A stretch of 64,000 nucleotides of DNA from Balanoglossus misakiensis (taxonomy: Eukaryota > Animalia > Hemichordata): positions 19,825,028-19,889,027 of the forward strand of contig CM082576.2 of NCBI GenBank assembly GCA_040954595.2, given 5' to 3'. Made by a program: the position numbers and the translations under genes. The notes beneath the pieces are model-generated. The model was given only the letters and a program-made list of their open reading frames with translations. It was not told the DNA's origin and did no database searches. This document shows positions 26,801-38,611 of the stretch, piece by piece. The first letter of the stretch is position 1. The number at the start of each line of letters is the position of its first letter.

Positions 26801-29800
26801 CCAATGGGGCAGCTTTGGCACTGAGAAGTCCCGTTGTCAAAGTAGTGACCAACATCGCACCTCTCTGCAATAGACATCATTGTTGAAAAATTATTTTTTC
26901 AACCAAAGAGATGAACATTCCAATTGTCATTCTTTCCATATTGGATCACACCACAATAATTTGATATATACGTCACAATTCCCGGTTTTATCGGGCCAGT
27001 GGCATGAGTGAGGCTAGACGCTAGTTTTGGAATACGGCTAGATACTAGGCTATGGCTGTGGACGAGGAGGAGATATTGCCTTCTGTTATACATACCAAAA
27101 CACTGCAAGATGGATAATGATCTCTTTCCCCTGGTGACTCCATTATTTGGACAGGCATTGCATGCTGTTTGTCCTTCAAGGGGTTGATAATATCCAATTG
27201 CACAAGGATGGCACTGACTCAGCTCAGTGTCATGGTACGACCCTTCAGGACACAATACTGTGGAAATACAAAATGTTGAAGGCAGATGTATACATTGTTC
27301 ATGTACTGATCATTATGCATTAATGGTTTAAAACACAACTACAATTGTAACACACAGCATTCATTTTGGCTAGTTTTTCACTCTTGTGTCTACAAGTGGG
27401 ATTGCAGTTGTGTGTGGTTGAATGTTGATTCACTATATATCCACATGTAGAATAACATTAACTGTGTCTTCTATCAAACATAATTAATGGAAAAAGGGCA
27501 GCGAGAAAGAGACTTTGTCCCTCCTTGGTATGAGCATATCAAATCAATTATTTCCTTATATCACCTCTTGGTTGGGTTGTATTTACCACTCACACTTGTC
27601 TTTAATTTGTACACTGCGACTCACAACCACACTCGCAGCTATACGGCCCACCTAACAGGTCATATCAGGCGATATAAACATATTAACATCTACACCTTTT
27701 TATAATATTAATTTTGGACACAGTTTTAATCCTTTCACCACCATGGTTCAGTCCAAACCAATTGTTTTCTATGGTAAGGTTTGACCTCTATAGAGGAAAC
27801 TGGGAGTGAAAGGGTTAAAGTACATAACAACTGAGGAGTATAGGCACTCACCACATTCTTCTCCAACAAGAACACTACCATTGGAACAGAATATTGTACT
27901 TTCAACTTGTAATGTCTCAGCGTCGACCGAATATTCAGCTGTATCAAAAGGACCATTCTTGACTGCATCTTCAATAACTACAACTGCAGCATCAGCAGAG
28001 CTAATGGATAAAACAACAGGCAAAAAATTCTTACATATGCCACATTACAATACCAACCAGAAGTGTGTACTGTAAACTGAATTGTTTTCACGACAGGAAA
28101 TTTTCGCGATATTAAAAGAGGCGACTGTTACGTGAGGACGAATTTTCGAGTTCTCGTATTTCACTAACTGCATCATTATCTCCAAAAACATTTTACACAA
28201 CTTTTTATTTTAAGGTTTTTTTGACCAGCACATGTTTTGCAGAAATTTACTGCTCGCGAAAATAACACGTTTTGCAGTATATTTCGAATGCATGAATCTT
28301 TAGAATACAGGATGCCGCAACATGAAGGAAGGTGGGCAGAAATGATGGGGTTGCCAAAAACTGAAAATGTTTGAGTGTTAAGACACAAAATAATTTGTTT
28401 TCACTTGCATGAATGGACTATTTTGCAATAATGCAAACACCAGCTGTATAGGGAATACAGAGCTGGTCCTCACACAGCCTGGGATCAGTACCCTAGACAT
28501 GTCACCAAAGTCATTTCAATAGAACAGAAGGGGAATGAAATACTCGAAAAATAACAATTACTACTCACGCATTGGTTGTGAAACTGAACTGAACCACAAG
28601 CTGAGTATCAGCCTGTCTCTTTCTTCGGTTTGAGGCGCCGCGGGTTATTTCAAGGTCATCAAAGTTGCATTCACCGCCACAAATACCAAACAAATCATTC
28701 AGATAGTTGATAGTGTTCATAAAACTGATCCTCAATTGCTGGATGACACCATTGTTACATGTACCAGCCTGTGAATTGTATGACACGCCACAATTCACTC
28801 CACGTTGAGTCTTCCCAGGAGCTGCAGTAGAACAATACAAACAAACAAATTTTGTTAAAGATGCAATTTTCAATCTAGCGAACGATGTATTGACTTAGAC
28901 TGCGAAACCGCTTAGCCAATCAGGAAAGTTACAGCTGCTTACCCAGAACAAAATATTAAGAAAATAGCTCAAATGTACTGGAGCTTTATATTGGGGTAAG
29001 CAGATATGATGTTAACAAATTATCTACCTGTAATCACAACCTTGACATACTGTAAAGCAAGAATTTGCATTACTCATATTTCTCTTTTCATTTATAACTA
29101 AAAGAAAATTGTCTCAATGCTGGAATACCCCCTCTCACAACTCTCTCTCTTTGGAGAATTTTCTGAATGTGCATGTGCCACCTGATTATATTTCTTTACT
29201 GATACCAAATCATTTTTTTCTCACCTGAACATCCAGGGAAGGTGAATTCCTCGTCTGGATTCTCAGGATTAAAAGATCCTTCACTATGGCAGAGATAGTA
29301 AGGTGCTGGCAGGCTTGCAAACTTGTATCCTGGTAAACAATCCACCTGACAGAACACACCCGACTCAAACTCATTACAGATGGAAATACCTTTAACTGGT
29401 GGTGCTGGCTTTTCACAATCAAATGATGTAAAAGAAAGGAGAACACAGTTTATTTGTCTATATATATATTTTTAATTTTATTTCATCTATCATCCAACAG
29501 GCAAATACTACCCAAATGTCTGTGTCTCATATATCATCCAACAGGCAAATACTACCCAAATGTCCAGGTCTAGGTAACGAACCCACAACCCTAGCCACTA
29601 GGGCACAATGCCTCTTTTACCAGGTTCACACAGGGTAAAATTTGAGACACTATTTGCCAGTGCTAACCACAGAGCATTAATCCTTTGAGTCATGTTGTGT
29701 CCACACACACAAAGTTTATGTATGGGTGCTGAGGCTCGGCCCCATAGACAATGGGTTGCGGAGAGGTGTTAATCCTTACACCGGCTCAGGTCTGGCTGGC

Positions 29801-32800
29801 AGAGCCGTCTAAAATCTGAGACGTTTCAGGACCACTTACACCGTCCACACATGTTTTTTTAAGACAGTATCAATTCTGAGATGCTTCAGAACTGTCTTAA
29901 TGGTGTATGTGTGACACCCATATTTATTACACAGTCAAATCTTTTAAACAGAACACCAACACATTAACATGTTTCTATGTAAAAGGGACTAGGAAAAGCT
30001 GTTGGTTGAAGAGAGGTTTCCCGATTAGACAGGGTTTGTTTTAGACGGGTTTGAGTGTCCTTGTATGTTCTGAATGATGTTGTTATAATTTTTGATAGTT
30101 ACATAGGGACAAAAGTGATAATGATGCAATCATATTACTGTAAAACGGCAAATTTTCCCAAACTTCGGCAAAAAAAAAGAAGAAAATAAAGTCGCATAAA
30201 ATGTTTTTCAGAGATAACAGAGTAGTTAGTAAAATACTAGAATGCGGAAATTTAATTCTCGTGTCACAGTTGCCTCTTTTGATATATTGCAAAATATTTT
30301 CTGTCACGAAAATGTCCCGTTTTACAGTATGTGACAAGACATAACAAGGGGTAGAGATGACAATTTGTCAAGATATTAATTAATTTGTAAAGTTTATGTA
30401 TGAATGATAAAAAAATTCACTCACGCAGTACATAGAGTAAAAAGTTGCACTGTGCATTGTTGCCAGCTGTATCTGAAGCAACATAGCTGATCTGGTAGGT
30501 TCCCCAGGAAAAGGTGTCACCTGTAAGAACAAAATTATGCACATCATTACAGGCATGGGTGCTAAAGCCAAAATAGCTTCCGTTTCTTGAATGTTTTTCA
30601 TGATTTTCTTTTCAAACTTAGAATGGTCCATTTAAGTGAGCTATCTGGTGGGTATACACAGGCATATTATCAACTCCTGATTGTGACTGTACATATAAAC
30701 ATGAACAAGATATGTATACTAAACAGATATGGTGCCGCACACGTTTATTCAACTGCCCATTGTAAGAGAACACAACATTTGTGGTATGGGTATCCCCAGT
30801 AGTAGTGGAGAATATTAAGTACTTTACTGATTAAAGGCCTTGCTCAACAGTTGGTCAAATCTTTTGTTTCCAATAAACAATTACGTGCAAACACAAATGC
30901 TTTCGAGTTTTAACTTCATTGTACTGCCCTGGGATCGAGGAAAGGGCCTATAAACATATGGTAATAGTATCAGCAATTGAGGCTTTAATACTTGGAAGCA
31001 AGATCATCTGTCGCACATAGGATGTGCTAGCCATATATGAGTAACGGCCACAAGAATAAACTGTACCAGTATGCTTCATACTGACCATAATCTTAGGAAA
31101 GTTGTCTCAGCTTGTTGGTTTCTGTTTAGATCAACTCCCCACCCCACCCCGATAAAAAAAACTTAGTTAGTGTGAATGTTATATATTATCTATAATCAGA
31201 AATGATATTTTATAGGAAACTTACCCATTGTGTAGGTTTGTGTCACATTGGCAATGGCGACATAATCTGTAAATATAGGCTCCTGCCATACTCCTGTTGT
31301 CAAGCTATTAGGACTAATTATACGGGTCGTATTGGGACAGTTAATGACTTCAGGAGCGTGTTTATCTGAAGAAAAAAAAATGAAAGAATAACAAATGTTT
31401 GTAAATTAAACAACTGGTCCACACCCCCTATGCATACACTGGTACATTTAGGTAAATGCACTACTAGATGTTAATATCTGTCACATATTCATGAGAAATC
31501 CAGATATTGTTAAGTGCTTGTTTTCTGATACATGTGAATAGACTAGATCACTGTCAAGAAACACTACAAGATAGGACAGGAGTCATGAGATGGTATCCAT
31601 AGGCATAATAACTGATATGATCAATTACACTCATGATAAGCCTAGTTCTTGGAACAGCAGAAACTGATGATGATGATGGTGATGATGATGACGATGATGA
31701 TGATGATGGTGGTGGTGGTGGTGGTGATGATGATTATGATGATGATGATGGTGATGGTGGTTGTGAATAGTATCATTACATTCAGTGTTAAATACATGTA
31801 CGGTAGAAACAAAAAGAGTGAGCGATACAGGCATGGGCAGATGATGATTCCCTATACTTCCTAAAGTAGGGAGATTGCAGGCTGTGTGATTGGAGTACAA
31901 CACACAGCAGCTAGGGGCTGGTGAATGTACACAGGAAAAACTACTCAAAATTTCACACAGTTTTCCCTGGACAGACACAACATTACAAGGAGAGCTGTGT
32001 TAAAGTAAGGATTTAGGATTAATCAACTCTGTGAATATGACCCAATTTCTCCTCGTCAGATTATGCATAAAATTGTTTGATAGTAATGAATAAGGCTATT
32101 TACCAACAGGTGTGCATGGTGAACCAGAGTAACCAATTGGGCACCTGGTACTTCCACAAGCTGATGGCTGGATTTTGACCACACTACCCAATAACTCTTG
32201 ATCCATTTCAACCCACATGACATGATTGCCAAGTGGACTTTGTGAACAGTTCAAAGCCAGACTCTGGATTTCAACAGGAGTCAATACATAATCGTATACA
32301 TTCATCTGTGTAACATCACCATGGAAGCTAAAATAGTTGTCAAGGAGTCCATTTTCGTCATAGCTTTGACCAAGAATTACCATACAGCTGTTGAAAAACA
32401 AGAGAATAATGAATTCATTAAAAGTGCTGGTAAGAAGTTGTCAAAAATAAACTGTGAAAATCAGTATCGTTCCGCATAAGTTTGAATTTGAAAGTGCCAC
32501 GAAGATAGCTTTGCTGATGTCCATAGTTTGCTCCCTCGATTTTTTTGGCCAGTTTTGTTGTAAGTCGCAACATGTTATGATGATATTGTATTGTCATGTA
32601 GGAGTAAGACAAGCTACCTAGCAGATAAGTTATAAACAAGATAACTGCTTCACAAATAAATGGTTCACTTCTCTTGAGGCTTGGGAAAACTTGACAGTAT
32701 AGGAAAATATAGAATTTTAACATGTGATGATGACAATTTTCTATGGCTTTGTAGGAGTTAAAAATGTTCGGAGTTCCACTAGCAACTTACTTTTCTGAGT

Positions 32801-32991
32801 CATCGATACCTGTCCAGGATGGAAGGGGTGATGTTACTGCAACACCATTCAAGTAAACTGCCACAATGCCTTCTTCAATTACCATGACAACATTATGCCA
32901 CGAGTTGTCATCTACTGATACGGTTACACCATTTGTACTGACAGATAGACTTCTGTCCAGGACAAGAAGGGTACTATCAACTTGGGTTAAG
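23897..32991 (-). CDS. 3' portion of a SVEP1/Uninflatable-like multidomain type I transmembrane protein (5' end not seen)
   Basis: Phase-compatible exons: 32991-32791 and 32387-32104 (pentraxin/LamG: WHNVVMV, ILGQ, FHGDVTQMNVYDYVLT); 31365-31225 and 30520-30425 (HYR: DKHAPEVINCP...YVASDTAGNNAQCNF); 29425-29226 (sushi-like); 28821-28569 and 28000-27852 (RRKR furin site); 27257-27096, 26864-26703, 26458-26291, 26153-25992 (GCC2_GCC3/ephrin-receptor-like Cys repeats); 25422-25300 (Ca-binding EGF); 25006-24878 (EGF); 24610-24514 (TM AVIIGGVAGGLAAVLVLGVIMLLMY); 24161-23897 (tail with YNPMY, stop). All junctions are GT-AG except the acceptor at 29426. Confidence 0.88.
25503..25685. mobile_element. 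Kolobok-type MITE in an intron
   Basis: TTAA|AGGTATACGGTCACCT ... AGGTGACTGTATACCT|TTAA: 16-bp TIR with one mismatch and a TTAA TSD. Confidence 0.8.
28070..28277. mobile_element. Degenerate TA-flanked MITE (Tc1/mariner-like)
   Basis: TA|CTGTAAAC ... TTTTGCAG|TA; resembles the element at 30138-30327. Confidence 0.5.
30138..30327. mobile_element. TA-flanked MITE (Tc1/mariner-like)
   Basis: TA|CTGTAAAACGG ... CCGTTTTACAG|TA: perfect 11-bp TIR. Confidence 0.7.
31665..31765. repeat. (GAT)n/(GGT)n intronic microsatellite
   Basis: Read directly; it explains the poly-His and poly-Met ORFs in the track. Confidence 0.95.
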
Positions 32992-33228
32992 CTGCCAAGA
33001 AATTCAAAACAGAGATTAGACATAAATCGGTGCATCAGCTGGTACTTTTGGGAAATTATCACACTTTTTTCAAACTGCACCACCTTTAGCCCATACAGAA
33101 GTATGCACTGAACTATGTACAAGTATTATGAACCCTAAGTATGAGTGCATATGCAAGTTTAAACCAGACAAATAATAAATCTTCGCCGCAAAGGAATATG
33201 GTCGCCACCGTGAGAAAATGCAAAATAC

Positions 33229-35170
33229 AATTAAAGTTGCAAGCAGCGTTGGCGGGGCACAAGCGGTTCCCATGGTAACAAGCAAATGCCAAGGCTGTAT
33301 CTGCTGTGGATACCAAGATATTGGAAAGTAGGTCAAAGGTCACCTGAGGTCACCCCAAATTTGGGCAAAAAAATCGGACCCCATACTAGTCTAGGTCCAA
33401 CAAAAACCAAACACCTAGCTCTATTGGTTCGCCTAGAATTAGGTATGCGCATAATTAATGAGGTATTGTGTAAGACTCCATATCTGCTCCATCGGCCCTC
33501 CAAAAGCCAGGACTCTAACTGCTGTGGATGCTGAGATATGGGAAATTAGATCAAAGGTCATCCAAGGTCACCCAAAATTTGGGCATAAAATTTTGACCCC
33601 AGAGTGGGCCATGTCCAACTAAAACCAGACCTCTAGCCCTATTGGTTAGCCTGGAATTAGATATGCAGAAAAATGATGTTTCAGAAATAGGTCAAGGGTC
33701 ATTGCCAAAATTACCAAAATAGTTGTGTCATGTCCTGGCAGCATTGGTACCCATGTCCACAAAATTCATGACTGTGGTGCTTTTACAAGAGGAGGTATGG
33801 GGATATGCATATATAATTAGTTGTTTTAAAACTGGGTCAAAGGTCATGTCAAAATTGCCCCGAAAAATTGTAACAACTTCCGGTCATATGATGACTCATA
33901 TCCAAAAAAAGAATTTACGTGCTGTCAACATTTTGGCTACAAAACAGAATTTTCATTTTTCAATGGTTTTCCGAAAATCCAACATGGCCGCCATAATGAT
34001 CGACCAATCACAGTGCGCTTCGCAAACTTGATAAACATAGGTTAGGTGACCACATACCCCGAATCCTGTGACTCGGCAATCGCTGGTTCTGGAGAAGAAG
34101 ATTTTTAAAGTTTTAAGTAGTTTTACAGAAAATCAATTGTAGCAAAAAAACTTTATGTGTGACGTCATGATTTCAATGGGGTAAAATGATGGACAGAAGG
34201 TAGGCTACCTGTACACCAAATTTGAACTCGATCGGCCCAGTAGTTTTTGAGAAGGACTCGTTTAACGATTGTCAGGAAATGCAATATGGCCGCCAGGTCA
34301 CGTGACTAATTAAATATTCACGAGCCACTGCACGTCTACTCATTGGCCCCTATCACCCTACCAAGTTTCAGCCCCCAAGGTGCAGCGGTTTTCCAGATCT
34401 ACCTGGCCGAATTTCTCGGAAGAAGAAGAAGAAGAAGAAGAATTAAAGCTGCGAGCAGCATTGTTGGGCCCAAGCGCTGATCTTGAATTATATATGCAAA
34501 GTATGAATGAGAAGAAACAGAATTTTCTATCGGATGTATTATCTCATGACATAACAATGATGTGTGTATTTTTGCTGCTGAAATAGGGTGAAGTAGGTCA
34601 AAGGTCACCTGAGGTCACCCAACATTTGGGCAATTTTTTTTTACCCATACTGGTCCATGTCCAACAAAAACCAAAACTCTAGCTCTATTGGTTCGCCTGT
34701 AATTAGGTATGTGCATAATTAATGAGGTCAGCAGAGGTCAAAGGGGTCATGAAAAGTAGCAAAATATTTTGATCACACACTAATCCACATTCATCAAAAA
34801 CCAAACCTCTAGCCCTATAGGTTAGCCTGGAATTAGATATGCAGAAATAATAACGCGTGATAATTAGGTCAAAGGTCATGTGAAAAATCGCCAAAAAATT
34901 GTTATATATTTTAGTCACATGACAATTGATATCCATAAAAAGAATTTGTATGCTATCAATTTTTGGACTAGAAAAAGGAATTTCAATTTTTCTCTGTTTT
35001 TTACAAAATCCAATATGGCCACCATAATCTTCGACCAATCACAATGCTCTTTGCAAACTTGATAGACATCAGTGTAGTGACCATACTCCCCGAATCTTGC
35101 GACTCAGTCATCGCTCGTTCTGGAGAAGAAGATTTTTGGAGTTTAACTATGGTTTTACAAAAAAACAATA
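33229..35170 (-). mobile_element. Inverted copy of the head-to-tail HINE-like dimer, truncated at 35170
   Basis: 33229-34440 is the reverse complement of ~2216-3433; 34441-35170 resembles the upstream unit (~1077-1830). Hairpins at 33236-33247 and 34448-34459. Confidence 0.7.
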
Positions 35171-35171
35171 A

Positions 35172-37040
35172 ACCCGCTGTACCTCCGCATGTCTCCACAA
35201 GAGCTAGGAGCTCAAAATCGGTCGGACGCAGACCAGCGGTCTGTCAGGTGTAGTAACCGTAACACCAATAAAGGTAGGTTTTCATTGATTCTAATAGGTC
35301 TCCGTTCATCAACATTTCAAATATTCTCCATAATCCAGTAGTTGCCACTGTACTTGAATGAAATATTTCCTTTCAAACTTCCAAATGGTAACCGAATCTC
35401 AAATCGCAAATCTTTCCATTTTAATAACGAAGTCGGATGCCGAAATTACCAACTCACTTTTTCTATCGGACTCCATCATTCTAATACTTTACTTCAATGT
35501 TCAACAATTGTGTAAAACAATATCCACTCTCAATCTATATTTCAGGTTTAACGGCGTAATGGCATCCCCGGCCTTTGCTCTATCATAGAGGCAAATGGTA
35601 TTATCTCTTCCAGTGGAAAAGTTGCGGAGCTGTACGTATTCTCCCTTCTATAATCTGTTCAGCCACTTCGGATTTTCTTTCCAGAATTTAAGTTCCAGAA
35701 CGTTGCCATCGTGCTGCATACAAGGCACGCTAAACAGTTTCCCGTTGGCGGAATTCCGGATCTCGACATCCTCCATGACGCGCAATTTCACAGCCATGCC
35801 TTGGCTGGTTGCAGATGATGGAGCTAAGGTACGTAACAATCGCACCCCGAAACGCCTGGGCCCTTTTTTGTGTGTAGTCATTGTGGGTATGTTAACCTCC
35901 CATGTCCTTCCTTTTTAGAAATTTAGTATACAAAACTGGATGACCGATTATGTTTTAGAGACCTTTCCCGAATCCACCTGAAGCCCAGTCGGAATGTCTT
36001 GGGATGTAACCTAAATTCAATATTGCCGCCTCCATGCGTTCACTTGCATTTGAAAATACGTTGATTTTATCGTCGATTAGCGGTGTTTATTCTCAGTATC
36101 AATTTAAACGCGGCACTCGCTCACAAGTCATATTCTAGAAAGAAAGAAAAAATGATAGTTTCGAGTACAGATTACATGTATTTTAAAACGAGGTTTGGTA
36201 ACAATGGTATCACTACTAAATGACTTACAATCGATGTTTTTAATTGTCTTTGCACCACAGTATGAATCCGGTGATGGTAAATCGCATTCAACTTAGAAGG
36301 CATGGAGAAAGCGCAACTGATGGTAACTGGGATGCCAAACTGAAACTTTTGGGAGAGAAAACCTTGCCATGTACGGACGTGGGTGTCACAGTTAAACTTG
36401 GGTTAAATACTACAGCGACAACCGAAGTCCCGTTGAGATATGATATGTGGTAGTGCATGTCCACATGAGTGCCGTGTACTAGCCTCTCTCTCTGTAAATC
36501 CATCCAGGCTACTGCTTTCTGTACATTGGAGAGAAATGAGAACAAGATGGTTAAATCATATTTTGTATAAGATGGTGTTGACGAAAATAAGATGCATGTG
36601 AATTGTAGGACTGAAATGTTTCTGTAATGAATACTAAATTAAAAGTTCACAACTTGCATGCAGATAGTAAGTGCTGGGGAAGTTGCAGGGTGGAGATTGC
36701 TTTGGTTTAGTTAACTTACTCAATCTTTGTGACTGTTGCATTTCTTGATTGATAGAGTAGTGTACATGCATTGGTAGGTTTTCTAATATGGCCTCCTCTG
36801 TACCCAAGGTCTGGCATAAGGTGGGACACTGTAAGTATTTGCCGTCTGACACAGAAGATGCCACTTCTAGAAAAAAATAAGAAGGACAGAATGTGATTGG
36901 TAAGACACAGAGACGTGAACATGTACACAAAATGATAGGAAATTGGTGGAAGCAAGTACTGCAGTTAATACTTACTCATCTATGTCTATTCCCTCAAATA
37001 TCCCTTCTACCATATCATCACCATTTGGTTCTTTTAACAC
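35172..37040. pseudogene. Scrambled pseudogene copy X of the tandem OB-fold gene
   Basis: Leader exon (+, donor aaag|gtagg ~35273); ATGGCATCCCCG at ~35559; exon A inverted (35572-35812, -); exon C (+, 36261-36432, donor mutated to TT); exons D (37040-36976, -) and E (36866-36720, -). Confidence 0.65.
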
Positions 37041-38228
37041 CTTAGGGAAAAATTGAGAGTTACATTAGAAGCACCGACAATAGGAGGGGGGGGGGTAAGG
37101 TTTGCAGAGAACAAGTTTTTTTTATGAACATTTGTGAAAATCAGAAATTAGTGACATGTAGGATTTCAATTTTATGATGTAACATTGTTTTCTTTTCAAC
37201 ATCAGTTCTCTGAGTAAAAAGATGGCCATGTAAATTTTCTCTAAGTTTGTTAGAGAAATAAAGTACATGTACAACTTTAATGTTTCACTAATTGAGTTTC
37301 AGTGTTCTTGTATTGTCTCCTTTGCCCCATGTCAACCTCAAAGTAAATATCAAATTTGCCATTTTTGACTTATTTGTCCTTGTAGTGGGCCACATAGCAT
37401 TTTAGTGCAACTTATGAAAATCTGAAGAACCAAATGCCTAATTTACCCACTCTGCACAGATTTATGTCAATGGTACTGACTTGATGATCGGTATAGCGCC
37501 CTCTGTGGTAGGGGGTGGGGGGTTAACCTAGCCTTTATATGTTTAGCCCTGTCCGGTTCCATTCCAATTGTATCTATGGTAACCTTATTATCAGCAGTAA
37601 ATGCCACAATTGTAAAACAGCAATAATTTTAGTATCAAGCACTCTGTGGAATTAAATATACCCTGTGTATTCTTTGTTTCCCATTAGTAATCATGCAACT
37701 TTGCCATTTTGGGCCTTCTGATTTGCTGTATGTGCTCACTAGTCCTTCCCAACGTCTCTGAATTAGAAGGCCATTGTCATTTGTATAGTGTAGACACATT
37801 TCATTTTAGTACAACTGATGAAAGTCTCGTGAAAAACCAAATGCTTAATTTACCCACTGTGCAAAGATTATCTGAATGATATTGTGTTGATCGTCATATA
37901 GTATAGCGCCCTCTGCGATAGTATTTGGATGATTGTGCCAGGGAGAAGGGGGTACTGAGGGAGCAGATGCAGATGACAGCAAGGCATATCCACTGAACAA
38001 TGAGACGGTACGTGTTGTCAGCATTCAGGGAGAGTAAAAAGGGGAGCGCAAGAGACCAGGATGAAGAGACGAGCAGTATTGCATCATCTGTGGAAATAAA
38101 TGCCAAGAGAAGGTAAGTGTGGAAGACAAGCACTTAGGGGTTATAAACAAATGTTTTTTTGTGGACAGTTTTAGTATCAAGCATTGTGGAATTAAATATA
38201 CACAGTGTGTGTTGTGTGTTAGATAGGT

Positions 38229-38259
38229 ACATACATACATACATACATACATACATACA

Positions 38260-38293
<34 letters not shown>

Positions 38294-38503
38294 CATACAT
38301 ACATACATACATACATACATGCATGCATACATAGATACATAGATACATAGATACATACATACATACATACATACATACATGCATACATACATGCATACAT
38401 ACATACATACATACATGCATGCATGCATGCATGCATGCATACATACATACATACATACATACATACATACATACATACATACATACATACATACATACAT
38501 ACA
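38229..38503. repeat. (TACA)n microsatellite
   Basis: Read directly; source of the MYVC/HTYI ORFs. Confidence 0.98.
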
Positions 38504-38538
38504 TGGAAAACACACAGCAAATGGACTCCTTTTTTATC

Positions 38539-38611
38539 ATCCTCACCAGGAATCGAACCAGGATCCCTTATCACAAAGTGACAAGTGCGTTAACCATTAC
38601 ACCATGAGGAT
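38539..38611 (-). ncRNA. tRNA-Gln(TTG)-like sequence (SINE head or tRNA pseudogene)
   Basis: 73 nt: acceptor stem ATCCTCA/TGAGGAT, A box TGGTGTAATGG, central stem CTTGTCA-CTTTG-TGATAAG, B box GGTTCGATTCC. The anticodon arm is non-canonical and the T stem has a mismatch. Confidence 0.65.

Noticed and set aside
28750-28765. TACATGTA inside a coding exon as a footprint
   Set aside because: It encodes in-frame G-T-C-N; most likely coincidental.
31631-31978. Poly-His / poly-Met ORFs
   Set aside because: Intronic trinucleotide microsatellite with no splice-compatible role in the gene.
37810-37840. Hammerhead ribozyme (CTGATGA...GAAA), also suggested by the ~309-bp repeat units
   Set aside because: No convincing stem II or flanking helices, and the tandem units lack the GAAA.
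37935-38115. Possible plus-strand exon ending aag|gtaagt
   Set aside because: No clear acceptor, stops in the likely frame, and no partner exons.
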